Part shown: positions 11,934 through 21,123 of the stretch, piece after piece
How positions within the stretch are numbered: position 1 is the first letter of the stretch
Layout of the letters: each line of letters opens with the position of its first letter
Assembly (NCBI GenBank): GCA_963816185.1
Contig: CAWFJJ010000030.1
Span: forward strand, 1-64,000
DNA from: Thermoanaerobaculia bacterium
GTDB taxonomy: Bacteria > Acidobacteriota > Thermoanaerobaculia > UBA5066
DNA: 64,000 nucleotides
Reading direction: 5' to 3'
Position numbers and translations under genes: made by a program
Notes under the pieces: model-generated
Seen by the model: only the letters and a program-made list of their open reading frames with translations
Told to the model about the DNA's origin: nothing
Database searches by the model: none

Positions 11934-12479
11934 TCATGGTTTCTGCTTGGAGCTGGCCCCGAAACTTTGGGTGACAAAATACTCCTTGCCCTTGGTCGAG
12001 ATGCCTATTCCCAGATGAGTAAAAGCAGGTTCGAGGATATTGCGGCGATGGCCTGGGGAGACCATAAAGCCGTCCACGATATTACGGGCCGCGGTCTCAG
12101 GGTCGCCACTGCCGACTACGCAGATATTTTCTCCGAGCCCGGCCATCCTTCCCTTATCCGGTCCTTCCTTAGCATACAGCTCTTTAATGGTTTTTCCTGC
12201 CGCATCAGTGTGGCTGAAGTAGTGGTGTTTGAGCATGTCGTCACTTTTTTCCCGAGCCAACGTCATCAACGTCTGATCGGGATCCAAAGGGGAGAGGCCG
12301 TGTTTGCGACGGGCCTCGTTGGTAAGCTGAAAAACTTGTCGTTCCAGGACCTTGGGGTGCGTAATGCCGCTATTTCCTGCCCCGGAATGAGTTCTAAGCT
12401 GTCCCCAGGCCAAGGGCTGCTGGAGCAAGGCCGCCAACAGCACTGCCAGGCCCAGGGCCCATTTTGTGGTGACCGCCAT
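11934..12479 (-). CDS. CAP/SCP domain secreted protein (paralog)
   Basis: TNEARRKHGL, YFSH, GENI, FMVSPGHRRNIL. Confidence 0.9.
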   Translation of the reverse strand: MAVTTKWALGLAVLLAALLQQPLAWGQLRTHSGAGNSGITHPKVLERQVFQLTNEARRKHGLSPLDPDQTLMTLAREKSDDMLKHHYFSHTDAAGKTIKELYAKEGPDKGRMAGLGENICVVGSGDPETAARNIVDGFMVSPGHRRNILEPAFTHLGIGISTKGKEYFVTQSFGASSKQKP

Positions 12480-12714
12480 GCCGTGCCCTCCCTAGCAAGT
12501 CCTCGATGCTCAATTTAATTATAGCTCCATCAGCACCCACAATAAAGAAATTTGGCCGGGGGTTTGACCTGAACGGCCTTTAGAATTACCTTTTAACTAA
12601 ACCAGGATGAATGCCAGAGGAGTGTACGCCCCCGCGCTCCGCCTAAGACCAAAAAGCGGCCGCACCTCTCAAGGTTTGGCCGCCATTGGCAATTTCCCAC
12701 AACCAGGCTGGTTC

Positions 12715-12860
12715 AGACCAAGTTGCGCCCAAAAAAGTAATATTAATTCTGTCCTTCTGAACGGAGCGTAGCGAAGTGAAGAATCTCTCGTTGGGAAAAG
12801 AAGAGATTCTTCGCTGCGCTCAGAATGACAATCAATACCTGTATGACGGCAACTTGGTCT
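12715..12860. mobile_element. MITE-like element with 12-bp TIRs around a palindromic core
   Basis: AGACCAAGTTGC (12715-12726) / GCAACTTGGTCT (12849-12860); inner TGTCCTTCTGA...GAAGAATCT...AGATTCTTC...TCAGAATGACA. Confidence 0.55.
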
Positions 12861-13687
12861 CAGACCGTTTCGTACTTAAACAGCGGACATCCCTTGCAGA
12901 CATCCATGCCCGGCCATGGTTCGCCGCCTTTACCCAAGACGGAAGGACCGCCCGTCTCGGTAACGCGCTGCAGCAATTGCGCGGCGCTGCCTTTGATCTG
13001 GGTTCCGGGGATAAACAGATTCACCATGGACATATCAGTTTTACCGGAAGTCTTGCTGCCGGCGCACATGGTAGTCATATTGGCCGTATGGTTGTTAAAG
13101 GCCCATACCGAACCGGAACACACCGCCGAATTAGGCGTATGATTAAAGGTAAGGTTGCTGTGGCCGGTGGCGGCCATATAGTCATTGAGCACATGGTAAG
13201 CCTGGTACGGCAGCAGCATAAAGAAGACGATATCCGGATCGACTCCCGACTCGTCGAAAGTGGCCAGGGGCGCGGTGTAGATCCCGTAGCAACTGCCCAG
13301 AGGCAACTTGGCTTTACCCACCGGCGCCTGCCAGGCCAGCTCCTCGTTCCGCAGATATTTCATGTGCCGTTTGGTGTCTTTTTCCTTGTCCAACTCCCGG
13401 AAGCCGAACACCGGTTCGGCATTTTCGCATAAAAGCATGTTGGCGGGCATAAACATGGCCTTATGCCCCCCCCGGGCCATGGCCAGACGTTGACAATAGG
13501 TCAGTTTGGCCTTGGCTTTGGCGTTGATTTTGTACTTGGAGATTTCGGCCTCATCCGCGCAGAATTTGATGCCCACCGGATCAGAATCCACCCGGATATA
13601 GTAAATGTACGTGTCCGCTACGTCCGTATAAGTCAACTGCTCCTTTGGTTTTGCGGCAATCGCGGCTATGGCTTCTTGTAGTCCCAT
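12860..13687 (-). CDS. DUF169 family protein
   Basis: PVGIKF, TYCQ...AR, LCENA, APL, PDIV, AVCS; C-terminal CKGC. Confidence 0.8.
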   Translation of the reverse strand: MGLQEAIAAIAAKPKEQLTYTDVADTYIYYIRVDSDPVGIKFCADEAEISKYKINAKAKAKLTYCQRLAMARGGHKAMFMPANMLLCENAEPVFGFRELDKEKDTKRHMKYLRNEELAWQAPVGKAKLPLGSCYGIYTAPLATFDESGVDPDIVFFMLLPYQAYHVLNDYMAATGHSNLTFNHTPNSAVCSGSVWAFNNHTANMTTMCAGSKTSGKTDMSMVNLFIPGTQIKGSAAQLLQRVTETGGPSVLGKGGEPWPGMDVCKGCPLFKYETV

Positions 13688-13717
13688 ATTTATTCTCCTT
13701 CATGTCTCTGCATTGCA

Positions 13718-14308
13718 TTATGGTTTTTGGTCGGCGGCCGGTGGCAACCTATCGAGTAAGCCCTTCGTCCCGGGCGTCTCGGTATAACTATCCAGGATCA
13801 CTTTGACCCTGCGAAAATCCGGCAGCTTGCGCTTCACCCGTTTGAAGAGCACGTATACCGGGATATACAGCAGGATGAAGATGCCGATATAGCCCAGAGA
13901 GAAGCCGACGAAGGGCAAGGGGAACTCCACTTCCAGAAAACGGTACTGCATCCAGCCCAAGATTAAGAAGACGGGCCAGAAAAACGTTGCCGAAAGAGCT
14001 ATCTGCATGAAGAAAGACTTGTTGAAGGCCTCGTTGGCCACCTGGTTGGCCGCCTCATAGGCCGGTCGATCTCCTGCCTTTAAGGCCTCCATGGACAAAT
14101 CCTGGTATTTCTTGGCTTCGCCGGCTACCTCCTGGCAGCGGCGCCGCACCAGGAAAGACGCCAGGAAGGAGGTAAACTCCCCCACCAGCAAGGCGAGAAC
14201 GGCCGCCGCCAAGGTGCCCAGGAGAAAATCGGCCAGGGCGTGACCCGTGATCCGGTAGGACCAGATCAAGTAAGGGTCTAGCCATTGAAAAAACGGTGGC
14301 ATCTCCAT
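13718..14308 (-). CDS. Membrane protein, TM-coiled coil-TM-TM (DUF106/EMC3-like layout)
   Basis: Hydrophobic helix, helical charged segment, then FFMQIALSATFFWPVFLILGWM and a third TM. Confidence 0.65.
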   Translation of the reverse strand: MEMPPFFQWLDPYLIWSYRITGHALADFLLGTLAAAVLALLVGEFTSFLASFLVRRRCQEVAGEAKKYQDLSMEALKAGDRPAYEAANQVANEAFNKSFFMQIALSATFFWPVFLILGWMQYRFLEVEFPLPFVGFSLGYIGIFILLYIPVYVLFKRVKRKLPDFRRVKVILDSYTETPGTKGLLDRLPPAADQKP

Positions 14309-14514
14309 AGGGGTCCTGTGCTGCTCAAGCTGAACCGCGGCCGGAGGCGAAGAATCCCCTCCGCCCGCCCGGACCATTAAGGCGCGGCCCGGGGTGACAA
14401 ATCAGAGGTTCAAAGGCCTGCTTCGTTCGGCGGCGGCGCCCCGGACCTGAAAGGCCGCCCCAGCAGATGGGCCTGAACTCGATGATACCGACCCCTGGCC
14501 GCGACTTTGCCATA

Positions 14515-15678
14515 TTACATTCCCGGAAGGATGGAATGACCCATGAAGCCCTTGGTCAGATAACCGATGCCCACGTACACCGCCAGGACCACGAAGATGC
14601 GCTTCAGCCAAACCTCGGGGATCTTCTTGGAAGTGACCGGGCCAAGGACGGAGCCGATGGCGATGCCGATGAGTTCGGTGCTGATCAGGATAAAATCCAC
14701 CGGCACCTGCCGCATCACCATCATGTTGAAGATGTTGACGATCATGCCTACCAGCACCGCCAGGGCCGAAGTGCCGGCCACGATGAACATGGGCAGACCG
14801 GCCACGGAGGTGAGGAAGGGCACGTAGAGGAAGCCGCCGCCCACCCCGATCAGGGCCGAAATGCCGTTGATGGCAAAGCCGCCCAGGAGGGGCCAGATGG
14901 GGTTGAAGGAGAATTCCTGGCCATAAAAAGTAAAAGCGATTTTGCTGAAACCCCAATGCGTGACCTGCACCCCTTTGGCATGTTCGGCAGAGACCTCGCT
15001 GGATTTCTTGATATGGGCCGCTTCAAAGGCCTTGGCCGCGGCCTTGGCCGCCTTCTTCTTGGCCTGTCCGGCGGGGGTGGTTTCATAGAAGAGCACAAAG
15101 GCGACGGCAAAGACGATGATCCCGAAAAACCCCACGTACGTGCTGACATTCATTTTGCCGACGGTCAGCAGGGGGACCAGGTAGCCGGCGAGGATGCCGC
15201 CCACCGCCAAACATAAGCCCAAGGGGAGCACCAGTCGTCCCATGCGGTAATAGGTGAAGGAAGAGATCAAGGCCGACAAACCCACCAGATACTGGTTGCT
15301 GGTGCGGATGGAATCGGTCAGCATCTTGTTCAAACCAGGGCTGGTTTTCTTGAAGGTGCTGGCGTAGTCCGACAAACCGTAGACACTGATATGACCGACC
15401 CCCGCCATGATGCCGCCAAAGGCGCCCACCGACGAGAAGATCCAGCCGACCCAGATGCCCCAAAGGATGTAAAACAGGAAGAAATGATGCGGCGCCCCGG
15501 GAATCCCCATGAAGCCCTTGGGCATATCAGCGTGGATCATTCCCGGGCCCGTGCCGACCGGGGTCTTGGCGATGGCGTCCTCCAATTTGCCCGCCAGGGC
15601 CGGCTCGGCCAGGAGTAAGGTGGCCAGCACGGCCAGGGCGGCCAGCACCCCGAGGGTTACCAGATACTTTTTCCACAT
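14515..15678 (-). CDS. Sulfite exporter TauE/SafE family protein
   Basis: VGAFGGIMAG, IGVGGGFLYVPFL, VAGTSAL; multiple TMs. Confidence 0.85.
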   Translation of the reverse strand: MWKKYLVTLGVLAALAVLATLLLAEPALAGKLEDAIAKTPVGTGPGMIHADMPKGFMGIPGAPHHFFLFYILWGIWVGWIFSSVGAFGGIMAGVGHISVYGLSDYASTFKKTSPGLNKMLTDSIRTSNQYLVGLSALISSFTYYRMGRLVLPLGLCLAVGGILAGYLVPLLTVGKMNVSTYVGFFGIIVFAVAFVLFYETTPAGQAKKKAAKAAAKAFEAAHIKKSSEVSAEHAKGVQVTHWGFSKIAFTFYGQEFSFNPIWPLLGGFAINGISALIGVGGGFLYVPFLTSVAGLPMFIVAGTSALAVLVGMIVNIFNMMVMRQVPVDFILISTELIGIAIGSVLGPVTSKKIPEVWLKRIFVVLAVYVGIGYLTKGFMGHSILPGM

Positions 15679-15804
15679 AACTAACCTCCGAATCATAAAA
15701 ATGGCAGATGATAAAAATTAAGTTTAGGGGCTGAGACGTCGGCTGCTTGACGAGGACCGTCTGCACCTGTCCCCACCCCCGACAGAGATTAAGCAAAAAG
15801 AGTA

Positions 15805-15858
15805 AGCAAGAAACCTGCCAAGCTCAAGAAAAAGGTGTAAATTTATAAGATATTGATA
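15805..15858 (-). promoter_or_regulatory. sigma54 promoter and IHF site of the TauE operon
   Basis: TTGGCAGGTTTCTTGCT (GG-N10-GC, 15805-15821); TATCAATATCTTA matches WATCAANNNNTTR (15846-15858). Confidence 0.8.
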
Positions 15859-16125
15859 TTATAGTAATAAATTAGTTGTCTTCTCGGTTGGGGCTTGACA
15901 ATAGTTAAGAGGTTAGGGTTAACGTGAGTTAAATAATTTAACTTTTCAATCCTTAACCCGAGACCCCCCAGCATCTGCCGGCCATGTTTAGCCGGACCAG
16001 CTGAGGTCCAGACCAAGGCCCTCCCGCAGAGCCCCGGGGATAATCACCAGAACGCTTTTCGCTAAAAATATAAAGGGCGAATGGCCGGTTCGCCCCCTCT
16101 GACCACTGGCAACTGACCACTGCCT

Positions 16126-17097
16126 TTACCTGGCCGGCCCCGTCTCCACCGGCTCCTTGCTGCGGCTCCAGTCGATCCAGCCTCCCGCGTAAACATGCAG
16201 CTTCTCCAGGGGATAGCCCGCCAGGTAGAGGCTCACCAGGGTGTAGCTGGCGGTCACGTTTGTGTGGCCGTAAATATAAATGTCCTTATCCGTGGTGATC
16301 CCCCGGGCGGCATAAATCTCCTTGAGTTCGGCGGCGCCCTTCCAGCAGCCCTTCTGAGGACCCGCCGCCACCCGGTTTTCCTCCCAAAATACTCCCACCG
16401 CCCCGGGGATGCGTCCGGGCCGCGGGGCGCCCTCTTTGGCGCCTTCCCCCAGGTAGAGCCGCGGGGTCCGGGTGTCCACTATAACCTTGTCGGGTGCGGC
16501 CAGGGCAGCCTCGACTTCGGCCCGATTAGCCCACAGAAAATCCTTTGGGGGCTCCGCCGGGAACCGGAAGGTGGCGGGCTTGACCTGGGGCGAAGTGAGT
16601 TGGGTCGGATAGCCCTTGGCCTTCCAGGCCTCGATACCGCCGTCCAAAAGGCGCATCTGGCTAAGGGGAAAGCCGTAATGGGCCAATACCCACCACAGGC
16701 GGGTGTGGTCGCATTGGTCCGAATAGATGACGACATTATCGTGGCTGCCCACGCCCAGGCGGCCCAAAAGTTTTGCAATGTGCGGGGCCGAGGCCGGCAG
16801 GCCCGCCACTGGCTGCTGCCGGTCCTCGATCTCCGGCCGCCACATCTGCATGGCGCCGGGGATGTGGCCCAGGTAATACTTGGCCCGGTGGCGGAAATCG
16901 ATGATCCGCAAGTTGGGATCAGGTTTACCGAGGAGGTCCTTCAACTCCTCCGCCTGGATCAAGACCCCGGAGTGGACGTAATCCCCCAGGGGAACGCCCT
17001 CAGCCAGGTGCGGGAGCAAAGCCAGGGCCAGCCAGGCCAGGAGCAAGGCCAACGGGATGAGCAGGGGCAACCACTTTCTCTGCCAGCTAAGGGACAT
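16126..17097 (-). CDS. Exported tandem rhodanese (sulfurtransferase family)
   Basis: Signal/TM, YYLGHIPGA, RLLDGG, GRIPGA, YAGGWIDWS; catalytic loop reads YGHTNVTAS. Confidence 0.85.
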   Translation of the reverse strand: MSLSWQRKWLPLLIPLALLLAWLALALLPHLAEGVPLGDYVHSGVLIQAEELKDLLGKPDPNLRIIDFRHRAKYYLGHIPGAMQMWRPEIEDRQQPVAGLPASAPHIAKLLGRLGVGSHDNVVIYSDQCDHTRLWWVLAHYGFPLSQMRLLDGGIEAWKAKGYPTQLTSPQVKPATFRFPAEPPKDFLWANRAEVEAALAAPDKVIVDTRTPRLYLGEGAKEGAPRPGRIPGAVGVFWEENRVAAGPQKGCWKGAAELKEIYAARGITTDKDIYIYGHTNVTASYTLVSLYLAGYPLEKLHVYAGGWIDWSRSKEPVETGPAR

Positions 17098-17129
17098 TCA
17101 ATCACCTCCCGCCTTCGGACTGACCGCCT

Positions 17130-17852
17130 TCAAATATCCACCGATTCGCCCCGCCGGGCTTTGATTTTCTTGATGGCCAGCGGCAGCAGGGCGACCAGAC
17201 CCACCAGAATGACGCCGATGATCAGCCAGATGGAAACCTGGCCCCGGAGGAGCGGCAGCAGGTGGCTGGAGACCAGGATCAGCGCGATGGTCCAGGGCAG
17301 CATGCAGACGCAGGTAGCCAGGGCATAAGGCAGCAGGGGAATCCGGGTAATGCCCAAGGCGTAGTTGAGCAAAACATACGGCACTCCGATGAGCCTGGCG
17401 AGGGCCACGATTTTCCAGCCGTGCTGGGCCACTTTCTCATCCAGATGGGCCAGCCTGGTCCCCCAGATCTTGGACGCCACCCAGTCCCGGGCCAGGTAGC
17501 GGGCCACCAGGAAGGCCAGAGAGGCCCCGATCGTGGACCCGATGGTGGTATAGACCACCCCCAGGACAGGCCCGAACAGGACGCCGCCGGCCAGGGTGAG
17601 GACTAAGCCCGGGAACAACAGAATTGGGGCGATGGCCCAAACCAGCAGGTAGATCAGGGGGCCCCACATCCCATAAGAGGCAATAAACTGTCGCAGACGG
17701 TCTTCCTGCAGGTAATCTTGCAGATGCAAGGCCCGGGCCGCGATGAACAGGCCGACCAGAGCCAGCAGCAAGATTAGGGGTCGGGTAAAGGAGGCCTTTT
17801 TCGGGGGTGCAGCCACTACGATCTCGGGCATTTCCGGCATTGGCATTCTCAT
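17130..17852 (-). CDS. TVP38/TMEM64 (VTT domain) membrane protein
   Basis: FPGLVLTLAGGVLFG, GASLAFLVARY, LARL..PY.LLNYALG. Confidence 0.88.
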   Translation of the reverse strand: MRMPMPEMPEIVVAAPPKKASFTRPLILLLALVGLFIAARALHLQDYLQEDRLRQFIASYGMWGPLIYLLVWAIAPILLFPGLVLTLAGGVLFGPVLGVVYTTIGSTIGASLAFLVARYLARDWVASKIWGTRLAHLDEKVAQHGWKIVALARLIGVPYVLLNYALGITRIPLLPYALATCVCMLPWTIALILVSSHLLPLLRGQVSIWLIIGVILVGLVALLPLAIKKIKARRGESVDI

Positions 17853-18051
17853 TAAATTGGTGATTTTTAAAATATGGTCGCGTTTCTTGTCAGCCCCCCA
17901 CTCCCCCCACAGGTGGGAGAGGACGCCATCCGGGATATCCTGCTTCATCCCCTCTCCCCCAATGGGGGAGAGGGGCAGGGTGAGAGGGAATTATCTCAAT
18001 TCCACTGCCGCTAAAAATGTCTGATCAACTACCCAAAATTGGTTAATTTAG

Positions 18052-18732
18052 TCACTTGGCGCCGGTGGCAGCCACTAACTCCCTGGCGGCTCGGACACTG
18101 CGCCGGCTGGCCCGGAGAGACGAGTGGGACCGCTTCAAAAAATCCACCAAATCGGCATAGGTGTCGATGTCCTGCCAGTACGGCAACAGGTGGACTTTCA
18201 GGTCAAGTTCCGAGGCCCGGCTCAAGGTGTCGGCCAACACTGAGCCGGTGGACCAGGCCAGCCCCTCAAACAGTCGCGGGTGCAGGCCCTTGAGCCCGAT
18301 CAGATAATAGCCGCCGTCCCGGGATGGGCCCAGGACTACCTGGGCCGAGCCGGCGGCTAATTTCTCCACAGCCTCCAGCATAAACTCCCCCGGCAGATCC
18401 GGGGTGTCGCTGCCCCGCAACAGGACAACGTCGTAGCCCGCCTCGAATCCCCAGGCCAAGGCCCACGCCTGCCGTTCCCCGAGGTCCCGGCCTTCCTGTG
18501 CCACCAGTTGTGCCATTGGAGGAGCCAGACTTTGGAAAAACCCGACGGCGCCGGCGGGGGTATAGGCGAGGGCCAGCTCCATTCCGCGCAGCCGGGCCGT
18601 CTCCTCTATGATATCTTCTAAGAAGCAATGATACAAGCGGCAGGCCATTTCGGGAGAAAAGGGCGGGGTTAGGCGGGTTTTTACTTGCCCCGGGAGCGGT
18701 TCCTTGGCAAAAATGATGGTCAGGGTGGTCAT
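18052..18732 (-). CDS. DUF2064/TIGR04282-type transferase (ArsS-associated)
   Basis: IFAKEPLPGQVKTRL, QEGRDLGER, GSDTP, LGPSRDGGYYLIG, DIDT. Confidence 0.88.
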   Translation of the reverse strand: MTTLTIIFAKEPLPGQVKTRLTPPFSPEMACRLYHCFLEDIIEETARLRGMELALAYTPAGAVGFFQSLAPPMAQLVAQEGRDLGERQAWALAWGFEAGYDVVLLRGSDTPDLPGEFMLEAVEKLAAGSAQVVLGPSRDGGYYLIGLKGLHPRLFEGLAWSTGSVLADTLSRASELDLKVHLLPYWQDIDTYADLVDFLKRSHSSLRASRRSVRAARELVAATGAK

Positions 18733-18771
18733 GTCTCAAGTAGAATCTCGGAGTAGGACGCGCTCTCATCC

Positions 18772-19464
18772 ATGAATCCGGTTATCTCCATCATCCTGCC
18801 TGTGCTCAACGAGGCCGGGCTCCTGGCCGATACCCTGGCGGGCCTGCCGGCCGCACCCGACCTCGAGATCATCCTGGTGGACGGCGGCAGCGCCGACGGC
18901 ACCTGGGAACTAATGGGCCGTTGGCCTCACGTCCGCGGTCTCCGGGCCCCCCAGGGCCGGGGCTGCCAGATGAATGCCGGGGCCCGGATCGCCCGGGGCC
19001 AACTGCTGGCCTTCCTGCATGCCGATACCCGCTTCGAGCCGGCTCATCTGGCGGCCCTGCGCCGGGCCGCGGCCGATCCGACCTTTGCCGCCGGCGCCTT
19101 CGAATTGTCTCTGCTGCCGCCGCGGCCGGCCCTGCGCTTCATCGCCTGGGGCGCCAATTGGCGCAGCCGCCTCTGCGGATTGCCCTACGGCGACCAGGTT
19201 CTTACCCTGCGCCGCGACCTGTTCTACGCCCTGGGTGGCTTCGCCCACCGCCGGCCCGAGGACCTGGACCTGGCGTTTCGCCTCCGACGCTGCACCCGGT
19301 TGCGCCTGCTCCACCCGCCGGTGGCCAGCTCCGGCCGCCGCTGGCTGGCCCAGGGCTATCTGGCCACCACCCGCCGCCACTGGCTGGCCCTGGCCCAACA
19401 CCTGGCCGAACGCACCTTCACGAAGCGCTGGCCGGCGCTGGGAGAGTTAAAAAGCCAGGGGTAA
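18772..19464 (+). CDS. TIGR04283-type GT2 glycosyltransferase (ArsS-associated)
   Basis: SIILPVLNE, VDGGS, QMNAGA, FLHAD, PYGDQ, ED, SSGRRW. Confidence 0.88.
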   Translation: MNPVISIILPVLNEAGLLADTLAGLPAAPDLEIILVDGGSADGTWELMGRWPHVRGLRAPQGRGCQMNAGARIARGQLLAFLHADTRFEPAHLAALRRAAADPTFAAGAFELSLLPPRPALRFIAWGANWRSRLCGLPYGDQVLTLRRDLFYALGGFAHRRPEDLDLAFRLRRCTRLRLLHPPVASSGRRWLAQGYLATTRRHWLALAQHLAERTFTKRWPALGELKSQG

Positions 19465-19533
19465 AGGGGAAAGGAGGCAAGAAAAAAGAATGTGTGCCCG
19501 GCTTTTCCTTTTCCCTTTCCCTTTACCCCTCAT

Positions 19534-20496
19534 TCAATTCCCCGTCAAACACCCGCCGCAGGAAGACCCACCCCCAGTCGTGCAGCCGTAGCAGTGGTCC
19601 CCCAGGCGGATGGGCCGGTGTGCCAGTTTAGGGAGGTCGAACTCCCAGATGGTCTGAGGCAAGCCCTCGGCCAAAGGCAGATCCAGGGCCTGGTTGAAGT
19701 CGCAGTCAAACAGGCGGCCCTCCCAGGAGACGCTGATCAGGTTCCGGCACATCAGGCCGGTGACGGTGTTCGGATTGAAGCCGGCGGCCAGTTTACCCAT
19801 GTAACGCTCGAAATTTCTGGATTTCTCCAGGAACTCCTTGAAGCGGCCGATGGGCATGTTGAGCAGGGTATACAAATTATTGAAATCGATGTCGTAGCGT
19901 TCTTTCAATTCCCGCTGGAAGCGGTCTTCCAGGGCGGCCTGCTCCGGCGGCAGATAGGCCCCGGCCGGATTGAACATCAGGTGCAGTTGCAGGTCCGAGC
20001 CCCGGACGCCGTAGCCCACGCGGTTCAGACGGCGCAAGGCCTCCAGACTTTTGCGGAAGACCCCCGGTCCCCGCAGGCGATCCACCGGGTCTTCCTGGAA
20101 ATAGGGCAGGGAGCAGACCAGTTCCACGCGGTGATCCCGAAAAAATTCCGGCAGATGCTCAAAGTCCGGCTCCAACAAAATGGTGAGATTGCAGCGCACC
20201 AGGATATGCGTGTCCAATTGGGCCAGACGTTGCACCAGGTATTCAAAATGGGGATTGATTTCCGGCGAACCACCGGTCAGGTCCACCATGGGCAGGGACC
20301 AGCGGGCCACCGCATTGATGACCGCTTCGACCGTCTCCAGCCCCATCTGTTCGGGACGGTCGGGACCCGCGGCCAAATGGCAGTGGCGGCAGGCCTGATT
20401 GCAGCGCCAACCCAGGTTGACCTGCAGGGTGTTGACCGCGGCGGCCCGGAGGTCCGGAAAGCCGGATTCCTCCAACTTGCGTGCAAAAGGCAGCAT
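19534..20496 (-). CDS. arsS: Arsenosugar-biosynthesis-type radical SAM protein (DUF3641)
   Basis: TLQVNLG, CNQACRHCH, DLTGGSPE, LMCRNLISV, DCDFN, HCYGCTTGGGSSCGG. Confidence 0.88.
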   Translation of the reverse strand: MLPFARKLEESGFPDLRAAAVNTLQVNLGWRCNQACRHCHLAAGPDRPEQMGLETVEAVINAVARWSLPMVDLTGGSPEINPHFEYLVQRLAQLDTHILVRCNLTILLEPDFEHLPEFFRDHRVELVCSLPYFQEDPVDRLRGPGVFRKSLEALRRLNRVGYGVRGSDLQLHLMFNPAGAYLPPEQAALEDRFQRELKERYDIDFNNLYTLLNMPIGRFKEFLEKSRNFERYMGKLAAGFNPNTVTGLMCRNLISVSWEGRLFDCDFNQALDLPLAEGLPQTIWEFDLPKLAHRPIRLGDHCYGCTTGGGSSCGGCLTGN

Positions 20497-20676
20497 TAGT
20501 TATCCTTATGGCATTTGCCGTTTCCTTTATTTATCCCGTCTCTCTTAAAAAATGAATGGGGTAAACGGCGAAAAGGGGAAAGGGGAAAAAGGGAAAGGTC
20601 TGGATTAGATTTTTTCCCCTTTTCCCCTCTTCCCCCAGAAATTTTTAGTGAGGGGATAAATAATTGTGAAGCTTGT

Positions 20677-21009
20677 TTAAATACTTATTTTATCAACCAC
20701 ATTATGTACTTGTATGCCGTGGATCAAGGTGGCGCCGCCCCGGATGGCCGCGGCCACGTGGATGGCTTCGGTCATCTCCTCCATATTGGAACCGGCCTCC
20801 AGGGAGGCCCGGGTATAGGCGTCGATACAGTAAGGGCACTGCACGGCGTGGGCCACCGCCAGGGCGATCAGGGCCTTCTCCCGCCCCGTCAGGGCCCCGG
20901 CGGCCATGACCCCCTGGTAATAATTCATGAAGAAGTCAAAGAGTTCGGGGCGATGCTTGCCGATCTCCTTAAACCTCTCCAGGTCATCCTCCTCGTAATA
21001 ATGCGACAT
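20677..21009 (-). CDS. ArsS-associated peroxidase-like CMD/AhpD protein
   Basis: GALTGREKALIALAVAHAVQCPYCIDAY...AAIRGGATLIHG. Confidence 0.88.
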   Translation of the reverse strand: MSHYYEEDDLERFKEIGKHRPELFDFFMNYYQGVMAAGALTGREKALIALAVAHAVQCPYCIDAYTRASLEAGSNMEEMTEAIHVAAAIRGGATLIHGIQVHNVVDKISI

Positions 21010-21068
21010 GACCCCTCCCACAGAATTAGTTTATCAAAAGCCAGTTCAAAAAAGGTTAACAGGCAGTT

Positions 21069-21098
21069 AAAAAAAGGGCGGGTTTTAACCCGCCCCCT
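21069..21098 (-). terminator. Intrinsic terminator after the GAF gene
   Basis: AAAAAA GGGCGGGTT-TT-AACCCGCCC. Confidence 0.7.
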
Positions 21099-21123
21099 GA
21101 ATTTATCGGGATAATTCGCCCCT

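Noticed and set aside
19534-19600. Selenocysteine in the ArsS C-terminus
   Set aside because: The codon in SSCGG is TGC, and there is no in-frame TGA
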